From NCBI GenBank assembly GCA_963845755.1, contig CAWJTV010000034.1, forward strand, positions 608,001 through 672,000: 64,000 bases of DNA, in the 5' to 3' direction. The stretch comes from an uncultured Planctomycetota bacterium (GTDB taxonomy: Bacteria > Planctomycetota > Planctomycetia > Isosphaerales > Isosphaeraceae). This document shows, piece by piece, positions 23,830-33,994 of this stretch. Within the stretch, counting starts at the first letter, position 1; the number at the start of each line of letters is the position of its first letter. The notes under the pieces were generated by a model. It was not told where the DNA came from. It ran no database searches and saw only the letters and a program-made list of their open reading frames with translations. A program made the translations under genes and the position numbers.

Positions 23830-24776
23830 CTACGAGGTTCCTCCAGGAGGTGTCGGTGCGACGGAATCCAGCCGCCGTCGGGCCGTTCGATACGCCTCAA
23901 AGTTCTCGCGGGCATACCGTCCATAATCGAAGTCGATGTCGGAGTTCAACGACTGGATGACCGCCCAGAGAGCCTCGCGGAGCAGCGACACGGCCTGAAA
24001 GATTCGCAGCTCGGCGAGATCGCGCGGGTCGGGCTTAACGGTCTCACGATAGGCCGACAACAAGGCAATCTCCTGGTCCTCGGCAAGTGCGGCATTGGCC
24101 GAGACGTTGGCCAGGTCGAACAGGGGATGGCCGACCCCGCCGTATTCCCAGTCAACCAGCCAGAGCCGACAGCCATCGTCGATCAGGTTGGCCGGCAGCA
24201 GATCGTTGTGGCAAAGTACCGGCCGGAACGGTGCGATCCGCCATGATAATTGGCGGGCGTCCTCGAGCATCGCGGCGATGTCGAATGGCGTTTCCGCGCC
24301 GAGCCGGGCCGCCGTGCGCAGCGTATGTGCGTACGGTCTGGAACGGACAGAAATACAGGACCTCGCCGGCCAGTGAGTCCCATGCCCCGTGAAGGCGGCG
24401 GAGCAGGGCCGACCAGGCGATCGAGTACGTCCGGCGAGGAAACATCGGTCGCCGCCAGGGTCCGCCCCTCGACGAAACGGGTGATGAGTAAACCGTCCTC
24501 GTGATGGATGGTTTCCGGCGCGAGTCCCCAGGCGCTGACCACTTCTTGACAGACCGCCTCGTTGCGGCGGTCGATGCCCAGCAACGGACGCGGTACGCAG
24601 AGCCGCGCAACATAGGACTCGGCCGCGCTGCCACCGATTCGGATCGCGAAGTTCCGGTTGGTGATCCCTCCGGTGATTGGCCGGATCGCCGGGTCGTTGC
24701 GCCAGAGTCCCAGCTCGTTCAGCCGGCGGATCAACGCGGGCCGTGGGTCCGTGGGGGCATCGTGGCCATCGAGCAT
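23830..24776 (-). CDS. Choline/ethanolamine kinase family phosphotransferase (frameshifts near 24405 and 24310)
   Basis: GGITNRNF, GIDRRNE, LCHNDLLPANLI, LVDWEYGG...FDLAN. Confidence 0.85.
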
Positions 24777-24856
24777 CTTGGTCCTGTTCTCCAGAGCCAG
24801 AGACATTCGGTCGAACATTTCGTCAGGGTCGTGAGATACCCGCCGAACCGGAGGAA

Positions 24857-26399
24857 TCAGGGTATCATCTGATAGGTCACAAAGGCGATCTTGCGGCCAT
24901 CGGGCGACCAGCACGGGACGTTGATCGTCCCCTGACCGCCGAAGAACCGACCCAGAACGTCGATCTTCTTGGTCGCCAGGGTCAGCTTGCGCAGGCTGAC
25001 ATCCTTGTTGGGCGGGTGGCCCGTCACATCCTTATCGTAGGAGAGGAACACCAGCGAGCGGCCGTCCGGCGCAAGGTGAGGGAACCAGTTGTTGAACGCG
25101 TCGGCGGTGACCGGTTCCTGCTCGCTGCCGTCGGGCTTCATGCGCCAGATCTGCATCGTGCCGGTTCGCACGGAGTTGAAGTAGATGAAGCGGCCGTCGG
25201 GCGAATACTCCGGGCCGTCGTCCAGGCCCTTGGCGGTGGTCAAGCGGGTCTCCGCACCGCCCGCGGCGGGAATCGTGTAGATATCGAACTCGCCGCCGCG
25301 CTCGCCGCAGAAAGCCAGGGTGCGGCCGTCGGGTGACCAGCCGTGCCAGTAGGAGGGGCCCGTCGGAGTGATGAGCTGCGGCGTGCCGCCGGTGATCGGG
25401 AGCGTGTAGATGAGGGACTGCCGCTTTCCCTGAGATTGGTCGCTGATGGCCAGCAAGGTGCCATCCGGAGAGATCCCGTGATCATTATTGCAACGGGTGG
25501 CGAAGCCGGTGTCGATCACCGCCGGCTCGCCGCCGGCCGCGGGGATGCGGTAGATCCGGCCGCCACTGTTGTAAATCAACGAACGGCCGTCGCTCAGCCA
25601 GTTGGGCGCCTCGATCCGGGTGGGAGTGACGTAGACCACGCGCCGATCCGTCGAGGCCATCGTCTGAGTTTCGAGAGTGCTGTAGACGACCGGCCGGCCC
25701 GATGAAGCTGCGAACGAATTGGTCAGCTCCACGTTCGAGAACACGGCCTTCTCCGTCACGTCGTCGTTGTGAGCGCAGACTCCGAGTCCGACGTAGAACG
25801 GCTCCTGGAAGGTCATCGGCACCGCGGCCCCCGAGAATGTCAGCTTGTCCCCCGAAGCCAGATACATCAGGACATATTTCCCCTTCTTCTCAAGACGCAA
25901 CCGTTTCGGTGCCGAGACGTTGGCCTGAACTTCGTGGGTGGCGGCGCCTTGGGCCTCGCGGAATTGTAGGGACGTCAGCCCGTCGCCGTGAAGCGCGATG
26001 TCAACATAAGCCGAGTCGGCATCGAGCGACTGACGAATCACCAGGCACGCCTTGCGATGCAGCTCCGTGCCGGTTCCGAGGAATGAGACGTCGGCTGTGA
26101 GTGCGAGGTCGCCCGTCGTTTTCTTCCAGACATAATGGAACGCGTCGCGGGCCGCCCACATGTTCGCGCCGCTGCCGGCCACGGTGAAGCGGCGTCAGGC
26201 CGCGTCGTACTCGACCGACCCCGGATGCCGGACGGTGCCGACATCCTGGTGCCCTTCAAAGATCCCGATAGCCTCGGCTCTCGCCCTGAGCCGGCGAGGG
26301 TGGCCGGCGTCGCGGTCGATGGGAAGAGGCGGCGTATACGTGAATCCAGCCAACGAGCAGGAAAGGTACGAATCCGAATGTGATCAGGGAGGGTCTCAT
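24857..26399 (-). CDS. TolB-like periplasmic beta-propeller (PD40 repeats) protein (frameshift near 26190)
   Basis: Signal peptide; [54 protein letters not shown]. Confidence 0.85.
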
Positions 26400-26486
26400 G
26401 GCGTTTTTCCTCGGACATCTCGAATCGGGAATATCGAATCCGAATGAGTCAACTCGCACGATGGAGCGAAGCGAAGGCCAGGGTCG

Positions 26487-27516
26487 TCACGACGGCGACC
26501 AGGTCGCCGGAGGCGGGGTGAGTCGGCGATGACCGATTCGCCTCCGACCGTTGGGCCGAGCGGACCAGCCAGCGCGACGACCAGCAGGCCGATCACAATC
26601 AACGGGATCCAGGGCACGAGCGCAACCAGCAGGAACAAGAGGGACTTGCCGAACGCGGTGAGCGCATCCAGAGAGCGGAAGAAGGTATGGCCGAGCTGGG
26701 CCTGGAGCGTCATCGGGGCAGGGGGCGTGTAGTCCTTCCACTCGGTCGCCGTGACGGTGACGGTGCTCAATCCGCGCGGTTGGCGAGGAAGCGGAGCCGG
26801 CCCTGCATCTGCTCGACCTCGCCGCGGACCCGCGTCAGCTCGCGCTCGACGCTCAGGATATCCTCGAGCTTGCCGGTCGAGTCGGCGAGGTGCTTGAGCA
26901 GGCGTTTCTCCTCCTCCTGCTTGTTGCGGATCCGGGCCTCGATGTCGTAATACTCCTCCGTCACATCCTGCGATCCGACGTGATTGGTCCGCACTTCGCC
27001 GATCTGGCTCACGGCACTCACGAACGAATCGAAGCGGTCGACCGGCACGCGGACTCGCCAGGTCGCATCGCGCTGGGTACCGGTCTGGGCGGAGATGGTC
27101 GACTCGGCAAGGAATCCACCGTTCGTCTTTGATCAGGTCGAGGATCGCTCCGCTCGGTGGCGCTGAGGCTCTTGACGAGCAGCTCGATGCGAGCGTCGTA
27201 GATGATCTTCCGGGGCATGGCGGGCGGAGGTGTGGGCGGCTTCGACTGATCCGTAGTCTGCCTCGCGGGCGTCGCCGAGGTCTCGGTAGGTTCGGCATTG
27301 ATGAAACGAACACTTCCATCCGCGTTCTGGACGTCGGAGTCGCTCTTCGCGACCGACTGTGCAAAGTTCCGCGCGTTGATGTTCGCGCCGGAGCTTCGGG
27401 GCCTCCTCGGCACAGCCGCCGGAGAATGCGGCCAGGATCATGGCCAGGCAAAGGAACACCGCCGGTTCGATCGTTGGTCGAGGATGCGGATGACTGTCAA
27501 TCCGGACGGCTTTCAT
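26487..27516 (-). CDS. DUF4349-domain lipoprotein (several frameshifts)
   Basis: Lipobox-like FSGGC; RKIIYDA, RVPVDRFDSF, SQDVTEEYYD, ILSVERELTRVRGEVEQMQGRLRFL; C-terminal TM. Confidence 0.78.
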
Positions 27517-27721
27517 GGGATGACTCCAGTGCCTCGAGAGACAGGATGAGCGGATTGAGATGTCGAGTATCAGTTCCGTGACGGAGATGGGTGCGCGGCG
27601 GCCCACTCGGTCCCAACCGGCATTATGAGGGTGTGCGCACCGATTTCCAAAGAGGGGAGATACTCGTCGCGTCGAGATGTCCGGGCCAATCGCCGTCAGC
27701 GAGTATTATGGTCCCACTGGC

Positions 27722-27942
27722 TCAATGATGCCGATGTCGCCGTGAGAAAGGGCCGGGGAGTGTCCGGAGAAGACAGGACAAGCGGAGCGGGGCGTTTCGG
27801 TGGGTCCGAGATGGCCAAGGCCCTGGTGCTGGTCGCGACGAACGTCGGGGGCTTGAGCCGGATGCGAACCCCAGCCGAGGTCGTGATCGGTGGCAACGCG
27901 GTCCCGCCCGGGCGAGCGGCCGCGCCGTATCGAGCCGGTCAG
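27722..27942 (-). pseudogene. Orphan 3' end of a paralog of the giant surface-protein gene
   Basis: LPPITTSAGVRIRL...DTPRPF aligns with LPPISGWAGVRIRL...DTPSPF at 38723-38941; both contain CGAGCCGGTCAG. Confidence 0.75.
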
Positions 27943-27947
27943 AGGCG

Positions 27948-27965
27948 AAAAAGGGGGACGGCTTT
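27948..27965. repeat. GTCCCC-family motif abutting the RAYT stop codon
   Basis: AAAAAGGGGGACGGCTTT, inverted relative to AAAGCGCTATGTCCCCGTTTTT upstream of the gene. Confidence 0.75.
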
Positions 27966-28629
27966 TACGCTTGCTCTTTGCGAGGCCGGCCTCGGGGACG
28001 CAAGCACGACTCGAGCCCCAGCCGAATCGCGGTCTTCCGGGTCCAGGCCTCTCCGCCGAACGGTCGGCCCCGTGACACCGAGTGCCGCAACCGCTGGAGG
28101 TCGCCGGCCGATGAGCGGCTCGTTGACGCGCTCCAGCCACCGATCATCGCGGACCGGCACCCGGCCCCGCCACAGCAACGGATCGCGACGCAGCCAGCCG
28201 GGGAGGCTCGACCACGTCCAGTCCTCGGCTCGTGAGACCAGTTCGGCCCGCAACGCATTCCGTTCGACGTAGCGGAGCACCGTGACCAGATGGTCGTCAC
28301 TCTGGACGGGGAACGCCTGGAACCGCCCCTGCCAGATGTGCCCCGAGGTGCCGTAATGGCGATGGTAGCGGCGCGCGTGGGCCGTGAGCAGCCACTGCAT
28401 CCAGCGACCCAGGTCGCCATCCTGCTTGGTTCTCAGCACCAAGTGGAAGTGGTTGGGCATCAGGCAATAGCCGAGGAGGTCAAACCGGGAGGCGGGCGCG
28501 AGCGTCAACCATCGCCTCGACGAAGGCGTCATAATCACCAGGCTTGTGGAAAACGGCCTCGCGGCGATTGCCCCGATTCAGGGCGTGATACCACATCCCA
28601 CCGACCGAGGCGCGAGCGGTTCGCGGCAT
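27965..28629 (-). CDS. REP-associated tyrosine transposase (RAYT, Y1 HUH, IS200/IS605 superfamily); frameshifts near 28485 and 28110
   Basis: MPRTAR...YHALNRGNRREAVF, YCLMPNHFHLVL (HUH), GHIWQGRF, RYVERNALRA, DWTWSS, RPRGRPRK. Confidence 0.92.
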
Positions 28630-28636
28630 GCCGCTC

Positions 28637-28665
28637 ACTGTACTCAACGAGGTCCCGGCTGTCAA
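28637..28665 (-). promoter_or_regulatory. Sigma-70 promoter of the RAYT gene, probably leaderless
   Basis: TTGACA-N17-TACAGT-N7-ATG on the minus strand; the -35 abuts the first repeat. Confidence 0.6.
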
Positions 28666-28845
28666 TAAAGCGCTATGTCCCCGTTTTTCCTGCGTTTTTC
28701 CCCTTGTCAATAAAGCGCTATGTCCCCGTTTTTCCCGTATGTCCCCGTTTTTCCCGTCCCCACTGAAGACCTATACCTTTGCACGGCGCACTATGTCCCC
28801 GTTTTTCCCCCTTGTCCCCGTTTTTCCCCCTGTCCCCGTTTTTCC
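28660..28845. repeat. Repeat cluster A (TATGTCCCCGTTTTTCC family)
   Basis: Two copies of TGTCAATAAAGCGCTATGTCCCCGTTTTTCC plus four shorter TGTCCCCGTTTTTCC copies. Confidence 0.9.
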
Positions 28846-29796
28846 TGCTCCCCTATGGCGTGACCGTTTCCGTTGTCGCCGGACGTACGCGAGTGAGCCG
28901 ACAGCGCCCATGCTGAGAAGGGCGAGGGTAGAGGGTTCTGGAATAGAGTTGTTGAAAGTAAGCCGGGCCACTCAAGCCGCCACCGCCGAAATCGTTGATA
29001 AACGCCCCTGTCGTGCCATTGAAACGCAGCATGACATTATTGTTAAAGTCGCTAACTAGGAGATCGCCTCCCATGAACGCTAGCCCAACGAGATTTGCTG
29101 CTGAAAAGGGGATCAGTGGCGAAGACGTTCATAAATGCGCCTGTCGTCCCGTTGAAACGCACAACATCACCACTGAAACCGCCGCTGACATAGAGGTTCC
29201 CGTCTGGCCCGAAGACCATTCCTCCGGCTCCATTCGAGCCCGCCACCAGAGGCGAAGACATTCATAAATGCGCCTGTCGTCCCATTGAAACGGAGGACAT
29301 TATTGTTGTGGAAATCGCTGACGTACAGATTGCCATCCCGTCCAAAGATTAGATCCTCGGGTTCAACCAGTCCTCCACCGGAGGCGAAAGTACCCAGAAG
29401 AGCTCCGGTCTTGCCGTCGAATCGCTCAATTCGGTCACCAACGCCGATGTAAAGATCGCCGTCCGGCCCGAAAACCAGGCCATTCAGTTCACCCGAGCCG
29501 CCGCCGCCAGTCGGAATAAATACATTCACAAATGTTCCATTCAATCCATTATAACTCAGAACACTTCTGGAATTAAAGCTTGTAACGTAAAAGTTGCCAT
29601 CGGGCCCGAAAGTCTGATCCACTGGTCCATCCAATCCCCCACCAGAGGCGAAGGTGCCGAGAAAGGCCCCCGTCGTCGTATCATAACGCAGCACGCTGTT
29701 GGTGAAATAGCTGCTGACTATCAGATCCGCCTTTGCTCGCCCCACTGCTCCCAGGAGCGAAGCCAAGGCCGCCAAGCCCCATGCGATTCGTTTCAT
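28771..29796 (-). CDS. PEP-CTERM protein 1, NHL/beta-propeller repeats (frameshifts)
   Basis: Signal peptide ...AKAD; repeated FGPDGNLYV...VLRFNGTTGAF; IPEPSTLALLSMGAVGSLAYVRRQRKR. Confidence 0.85.
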
Positions 29797-29837
29797 CGTT
29801 GTGTCTCACACTTGAGGTTAGCACCTATCGGTGGGAT

Positions 29838-30027
29838 GAGGTCTGACTCCACACCTCCGGACCGCACGCCTCCGGGAAATAACTAGAAACTAGGTCTGCC
29901 CACAAGCCTCCCAAGGTCTGCCCACAAGCCTCCCAAGCCTCCCATAACTAGAAACTAGGTCTGCCCACAAGCCTCCTTAAAGCGCTATGTCCCCGTTTTT
30001 CCAAGCTTCTCTATGTCCCCGTTTTTC
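29838..30027. repeat. Repeat cluster B
   Basis: Two copies of ATAACTAGAAACTAGGTCTGCCCACAAGCCTCC (29879, 29944) with partial copies, then two CTATGTCCCCGTTTTTC. Confidence 0.88.
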
Positions 30028-30093
30028 TTTCCAGTTTTAGTGTCGCCTGACAGACCCTGCCCCCGCTTTCTCTCTGGGTAGTATCACAAAGGG

Positions 30094-30931
30094 TCAGCCA
30101 CGAAGGCGAAGGGATCGACGGTGCCAGCCGCAGGCAAGCCCGATCACTGCTACGGTACCACACATCACCAGGGTGGAGGGTTCAGGTACGCTGCTTGCCT
30201 GTGCATATCCGAGATTGGCCGAATTAGCATTCATGATCTGATCGAAATTTAATGATATTTTTTTATCCACTTCTGAATTCGATATGCTGAAAGGAACGCT
30301 GAAATCTACCGTCATCAGGGTGGCGATCGTAGTCGACCCAGATGTTGTCACCGCGAAGTCGCTGGGTGAGAACGCCCCAGATGTCGTCAACACACCATCA
30401 ACGAGGGAGGCGCCGGCCGAAAAAAGAGTCTGCCCATTGAGAAGAAGCTGAAATGACATGGCCGACGAGGCACTACCCCGGTTGACCAGGAAGGGGTCGA
30501 TGTGGAGCTTGAAGATACCCAGGTTGAACACTTGCCTGGAAAACGAGGATACCGTCTGCGTCTGCTGAGGCAAAGACGGCGGATGTTTGTTTCGTCCCGG
30601 CATCTGTAAGGGCGTTCGTAGAAACGTCAAAGCCAAACTCAGACGTTACACTAGAAGCAAATGTGTCAGCAAATGAAAAAGTGTGCATTGGTACCGCAGT
30701 TCCTTCTGCTTGACCGGACACGCTGGCAACGACGCCGGTATCTAGATCGGCGAAGTCGGCTCCATCGGAACTCGTAGCACCTATGGCCGCGATACAAGGA
30801 TTCGGTGTAAAGACGAGACCAGGGATTTGAGGAATTAGAATTGCGCCCGCCCACGCGTCGGACCTTGAGCTGACGAGGGTCATGGATAATGCGATCAGGA
30901 ACGCGGTCGAGCGAGGCATGGAACGCGACAC
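30094..30931 (-). CDS. PEP-CTERM protein 2 (frameshift near 30540)
   Basis: AAGGAGGT RBS plus GTG start, signal peptide, SSVPEPSTLVMCGTVAVIGLACGWHRRSLRLRG; AT-richer than the host genes. Confidence 0.82.
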
Positions 30932-30963
30932 GGTCTTTACCTCCTTGAGGGGAAAAGAGGGAA

Positions 30964-31254
30964 CCAAAAAGGGGGACAGGCCAAAAAGGGGGACATAAGG
31001 CCAAAAAGGGGGACAGGCCAAAAAGGGGGACATAAGGCCAAAAAGGGGGACAGGCCAAAAAGGGGGACATAAGGCCAAAAAGGGAGACAGGCCAAAAAGG
31101 GGGACATAGCACATATTTGGGCATGCCCTACGTCCCCGTTTTCTCATGTTGGGCCAAAAAGGGGGACATAGCGCATATTTGGGCATGCCCTACGTCCCCG
31201 TTTTCTCATGTTGCGATCCGACCGGGGCAAAAACTTGAAACTAGGTCTGACCCC
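30964..31254. repeat. Repeat cluster C with inverted REP-like doublets
   Basis: Eight tandem CCAAAAAGGGGGACA(TAA)GG units alternating 17/20 bp; two GGGGACATAG-N-CTACGTCCCC hairpins; AAACTAGGTCTGACCCC. Confidence 0.92.
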
Positions 31255-31312
31255 GAGCCACCCCCGAGGGGCGATCCCCTGAGGGCGACCCAGCCCGGTC
31301 CTCACTTTCACT

Positions 31313-32149
31313 TCACTTGCCTGACCGGCGCCGGCGAGCGACGCAGCCCAGGCCTGCCAGAAAGGCTGTGCCCGCCATGACCAAGGATGCGGGCTCGGGC
31401 ACCCCGGCCACGGCGATGTTGTTCACGGCGACGGGGCTGAAGCTTCCGCTCAGTATGGAACTGAAGAGCGGCGTGGAGGATTCGAAGGCGAACCCCAATC
31501 CGATGGTCCTGCTCGACACAAGTAGGCTCGCGAACGGGGAGCTAGCGGCACTGGACCCGGCCGTGATGTTGTTGACCAGCAGGTCGAAGCGGTTGCCCAT
31601 CGAGCTCTCGTTGTATTGGACCCCTTCAACGGTCCCGGAGAAATAACTGCCCACGGTGAGCGACGCGGTGGACGCGGGGAAGAACTGGGCCACGTTAACC
31701 CCGAACGCAGTTCCCGTCCCGACCAAGTTGAAGCTCCCTGAGACCGAGACTGGCGCGCCTACGATCGGGTCCGAGGCGAAAGACGATCCCGTGACGAAGT
31801 CCCCAGTGAAGTTCAGGACGCCAGCGCTCATGCTTGCAGTCCCGTTCGAATTGAGCGACCCGCCGTTGCTCAGCTCTATGACGGGCCCGGAGGGCGGAGG
31901 CGGAGTCGGAGGCAGGACGCATTGACAGGTGGTCATCACGTCGAGGGGGCTTCCATGCTTGTCCTTGATCGTAACGTCGAATGTCGCGCACATGTCCGGA
32001 GCCATGCAGTCAACATTGGCGCAGATGCCCTGTTTGGTCGTCTTCGAGATGCCATAGAGGCAATCTCCCGATCTGACGTTGGGGCACCATGCAAGTACCA
32101 ACGCGACCACCGGGAGCGACGTGAGCACTGACGGAACGCGCCTCATCAT
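31313..32149 (-). CDS. PEP-CTERM protein 3 with a Cys-rich N-terminal module
   Basis: AGGAGGT RBS; signal peptide; six Cys followed by PPTPPPP; GVPEPASLVMAGTAFLAGLGCVARRRR. Confidence 0.88.
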   Translation of the reverse strand: MMRRVPSVLTSLPVVALVLAWCPNVRSGDCLYGISKTTKQGICANVDCMAPDMCATFDVTIKDKHGSPLDVMTTCQCVLPPTPPPPSGPVIELSNGGSLNSNGTASMSAGVLNFTGDFVTGSSFASDPIVGAPVSVSGSFNLVGTGTAFGVNVAQFFPASTASLTVGSYFSGTVEGVQYNESSMGNRFDLLVNNITAGSSAASSPFASLLVSSRTIGLGFAFESSTPLFSSILSGSFSPVAVNNIAVAGVPEPASLVMAGTAFLAGLGCVARRRRSGK

Positions 32150-32194
32150 CCACCTCCTATAGTTCGCCTCAGGGAATACCGACAACGTCGCTGC

Positions 32195-32620
32195 GGGGGT
32201 CAGACCGGGTTTCTGGGACCAAAAAGGGGACATAGCGCATATTTGAACAGGAACCAAAAAGGGGGAAAAGGACCAAAAAGGGGACATAGCGCATATTTGA
32301 ACATGCCGTGCTCTGAAGATTACCCACGAAATGTGCTACGTCCCCGTGTTCTCGCATATTTGAACATGCCGTGCTCTGAAGATTACCCACGAAATGTGCT
32401 ACGTCCCCGTGTTCTCGCCCATGCCGTGCTCTGAAGATTACCCACGAAATGTGCTACGTCCCCGTGTTCTCGCCCCCGTTTTCTCGCCCCACGAAATGTG
32501 CTACGTCCCCGTTTTCTCCCTTTCTCGCCCCACGAAATGTGCTACGTCCCCGTTTTCTCCCTTTCTCGCCCCACGAAATGTGCTACGTCCCCGTTTTCTC
32601 CCTCGTCCCCGTTTTCTCCC
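32195..32620. repeat. Repeat cluster D
   Basis: GGGGGTCAGACC; two AAAAAGGGGACATAGCGCATATTTGAAC; three longer units and three 41-bp units each containing ATGTGCTACGTCCCCGT(G/T)TTCTC. Confidence 0.92.
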
Positions 32621-32641
32621 TACCTTATCAGATACTTCGTT

Positions 32642-33637
32642 TCACCGTCGCCGGCCGAAGAATCCGGCCGTCGTAGCGAAACCAATGACGAAGAGGACGA
32701 GGCTGGAAGGTTCAGGGACAGATTCATAAGCTCCGATCACCTCGCTGCCGGAGATGCCAATCGCTATGGTAGAAGTGCTCCCGGACACGTGGAGCGTAGT
32801 GTAAGTCGTCCCGTTGTACAGGAAGCCGTAATCAGTCCCGCCGCTTTGATAGAATCCGACCACGTTGCTGCCGTAGACGCCCAACGGCCCGGTCAATGTG
32901 GCCCCAGGCACGGCGAGCGTGGTGTAGGTCCCCGCGTTGTACAGGTAGCCGTAATACTTCCCGCCGCTTTCATAGGTTCCGACCACGTTGCCGCCCGAGA
33001 CGCCCGCCGCTTCGGTCAATGTGGCCCCAGGCACGGCGAGCGTGGTGTAGGTCCCCGCGTTGTACAGGTAGCCGTAATACTTCCCGCCACTCTCATAGGT
33101 TCCGACCACGTTGCCGCCCGAGACGCCCGCCGCCCCGGTCAATGTGGCCCCAGGCACGGCGAGCTTGGTGTAGGTCCCCGCGTTGTACAGGAAGCCGTAA
33201 TCAGTCCCGCCGCTCTTATAGGTCCCGACCACGTTGCTGCCCGAGACTTGCCTTGCCGCAGTCAATGTGGCCCCAGGCACGGCGAGCGTGGTGTAGGTCC
33301 CCGCGTTGTACAGGAAGCCGTAATCAGTCCCGCCGCTCTTATAGAATCCGACCACGTTGCCGCCGTAGACGCCCGTTGCCTCGGTCATTGTGGACCCGCT
33401 CGGGGCGAGCTGGGTGAAGATCCCCGCGCTCTCCATGTAGCCGTAATTAGTCCCGCCGCTTATATAGAATCCGACCACGTTGCCGCCCGAGATGCCCGTT
33501 GGCACCGTCGCTGTGGACCCAGGCACGTCGGACAGGGTGTAGGTCCCCGCGTTGTACAGATAGGCGTGCCCCGCTTTCGCTTGCCCGTTGCCGAAAATGA
33601 GGACCGCAGCCGCCAGCAGCCATGTCAAGTGTCTCAC
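32642..33637 (-). CDS. PEP-CTERM protein 4 with 41-aa tandem repeats
   Basis: AAAGGAG RBS plus GTG; 123-bp repeats encoding G(F/Y)LYNAGTYTTLAVPGATLT...GVSGGNVVG; SVPEPSSLVLFVIG...GRRR. Confidence 0.9.
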   Translation of the reverse strand: MRHLTWLLAAAVLIFGNGQAKAGHAYLYNAGTYTLSDVPGSTATVPTGISGGNVVGFYISGGTNYGYMESAGIFTQLAPSGSTMTEATGVYGGNVVGFYKSGGTDYGFLYNAGTYTTLAVPGATLTAARQVSGSNVVGTYKSGGTDYGFLYNAGTYTKLAVPGATLTGAAGVSGGNVVGTYESGGKYYGYLYNAGTYTTLAVPGATLTEAAGVSGGNVVGTYESGGKYYGYLYNAGTYTTLAVPGATLTGPLGVYGSNVVGFYQSGGTDYGFLYNGTTYTTLHVSGSTSTIAIGISGSEVIGAYESVPEPSSLVLFVIGFATTAGFFGRRR

Positions 33638-33660
33638 TTGTCCGTCTCCTTTCGTCAATG

Positions 33661-33988
33661 GTAACCGTTCACCCCCCGTGAACCTTTTGTACAGTAAGTA
33701 CGTATTGCTGTGTATGAATCACAAGCTTCCGATCCCCGAACCACTCTGGAACACCATCCCCGCTGATGCCCAGGCCGCTCTTCTGACCGCCTGGAAGGAG
33801 ATGGAAGATCGGATTGCCGCGTTGGAAGCCCAAATGCGGGACCTCCAAGCCCGCCTACAACTCAATTTCACCAACCCGTCCAAGCCTCTTCATCCGACCC
33901 GATCGGCCTAAAATGCAAGCCGCCGTCCCCGCGAAAACGCGGGGGACAGCCCGGCCATCGCAAGGCGTTCCGAGTCTTGGTCCCGCTT
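33661..33988 (+). mobile_element. Truncated IS66-family element (one end plus the transposase 5' fragment)
   Basis: Begins GTAACCGTTCA like the intact IS66 ends; MNHKLPIPEPLWNTIP...coiled coil...GGQPGH; stops at the repeat motif. Confidence 0.75.
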
Positions 33989-33994
33989 GGGGGG

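Noticed and set aside
30932..31186. Repetitive N-terminal extensions (LCPPFW..., CYVPVFS...) of ORFs 30473..31186, 31313..32287 and 32498..33664
   Set aside because: These are translations of the non-coding repeat clusters; the real minus-strand genes have their own RBS and start codon downstream
30964..32620. CRISPR array
   Set aside because: Units are tandem with no unique spacers, have irregular lengths, and no cas genes are present
32760..33560. Diversity-generating retroelement TR/VR pair
   Set aside because: The repeats are in-frame coding tandem units and there is no reverse transcriptase in the window
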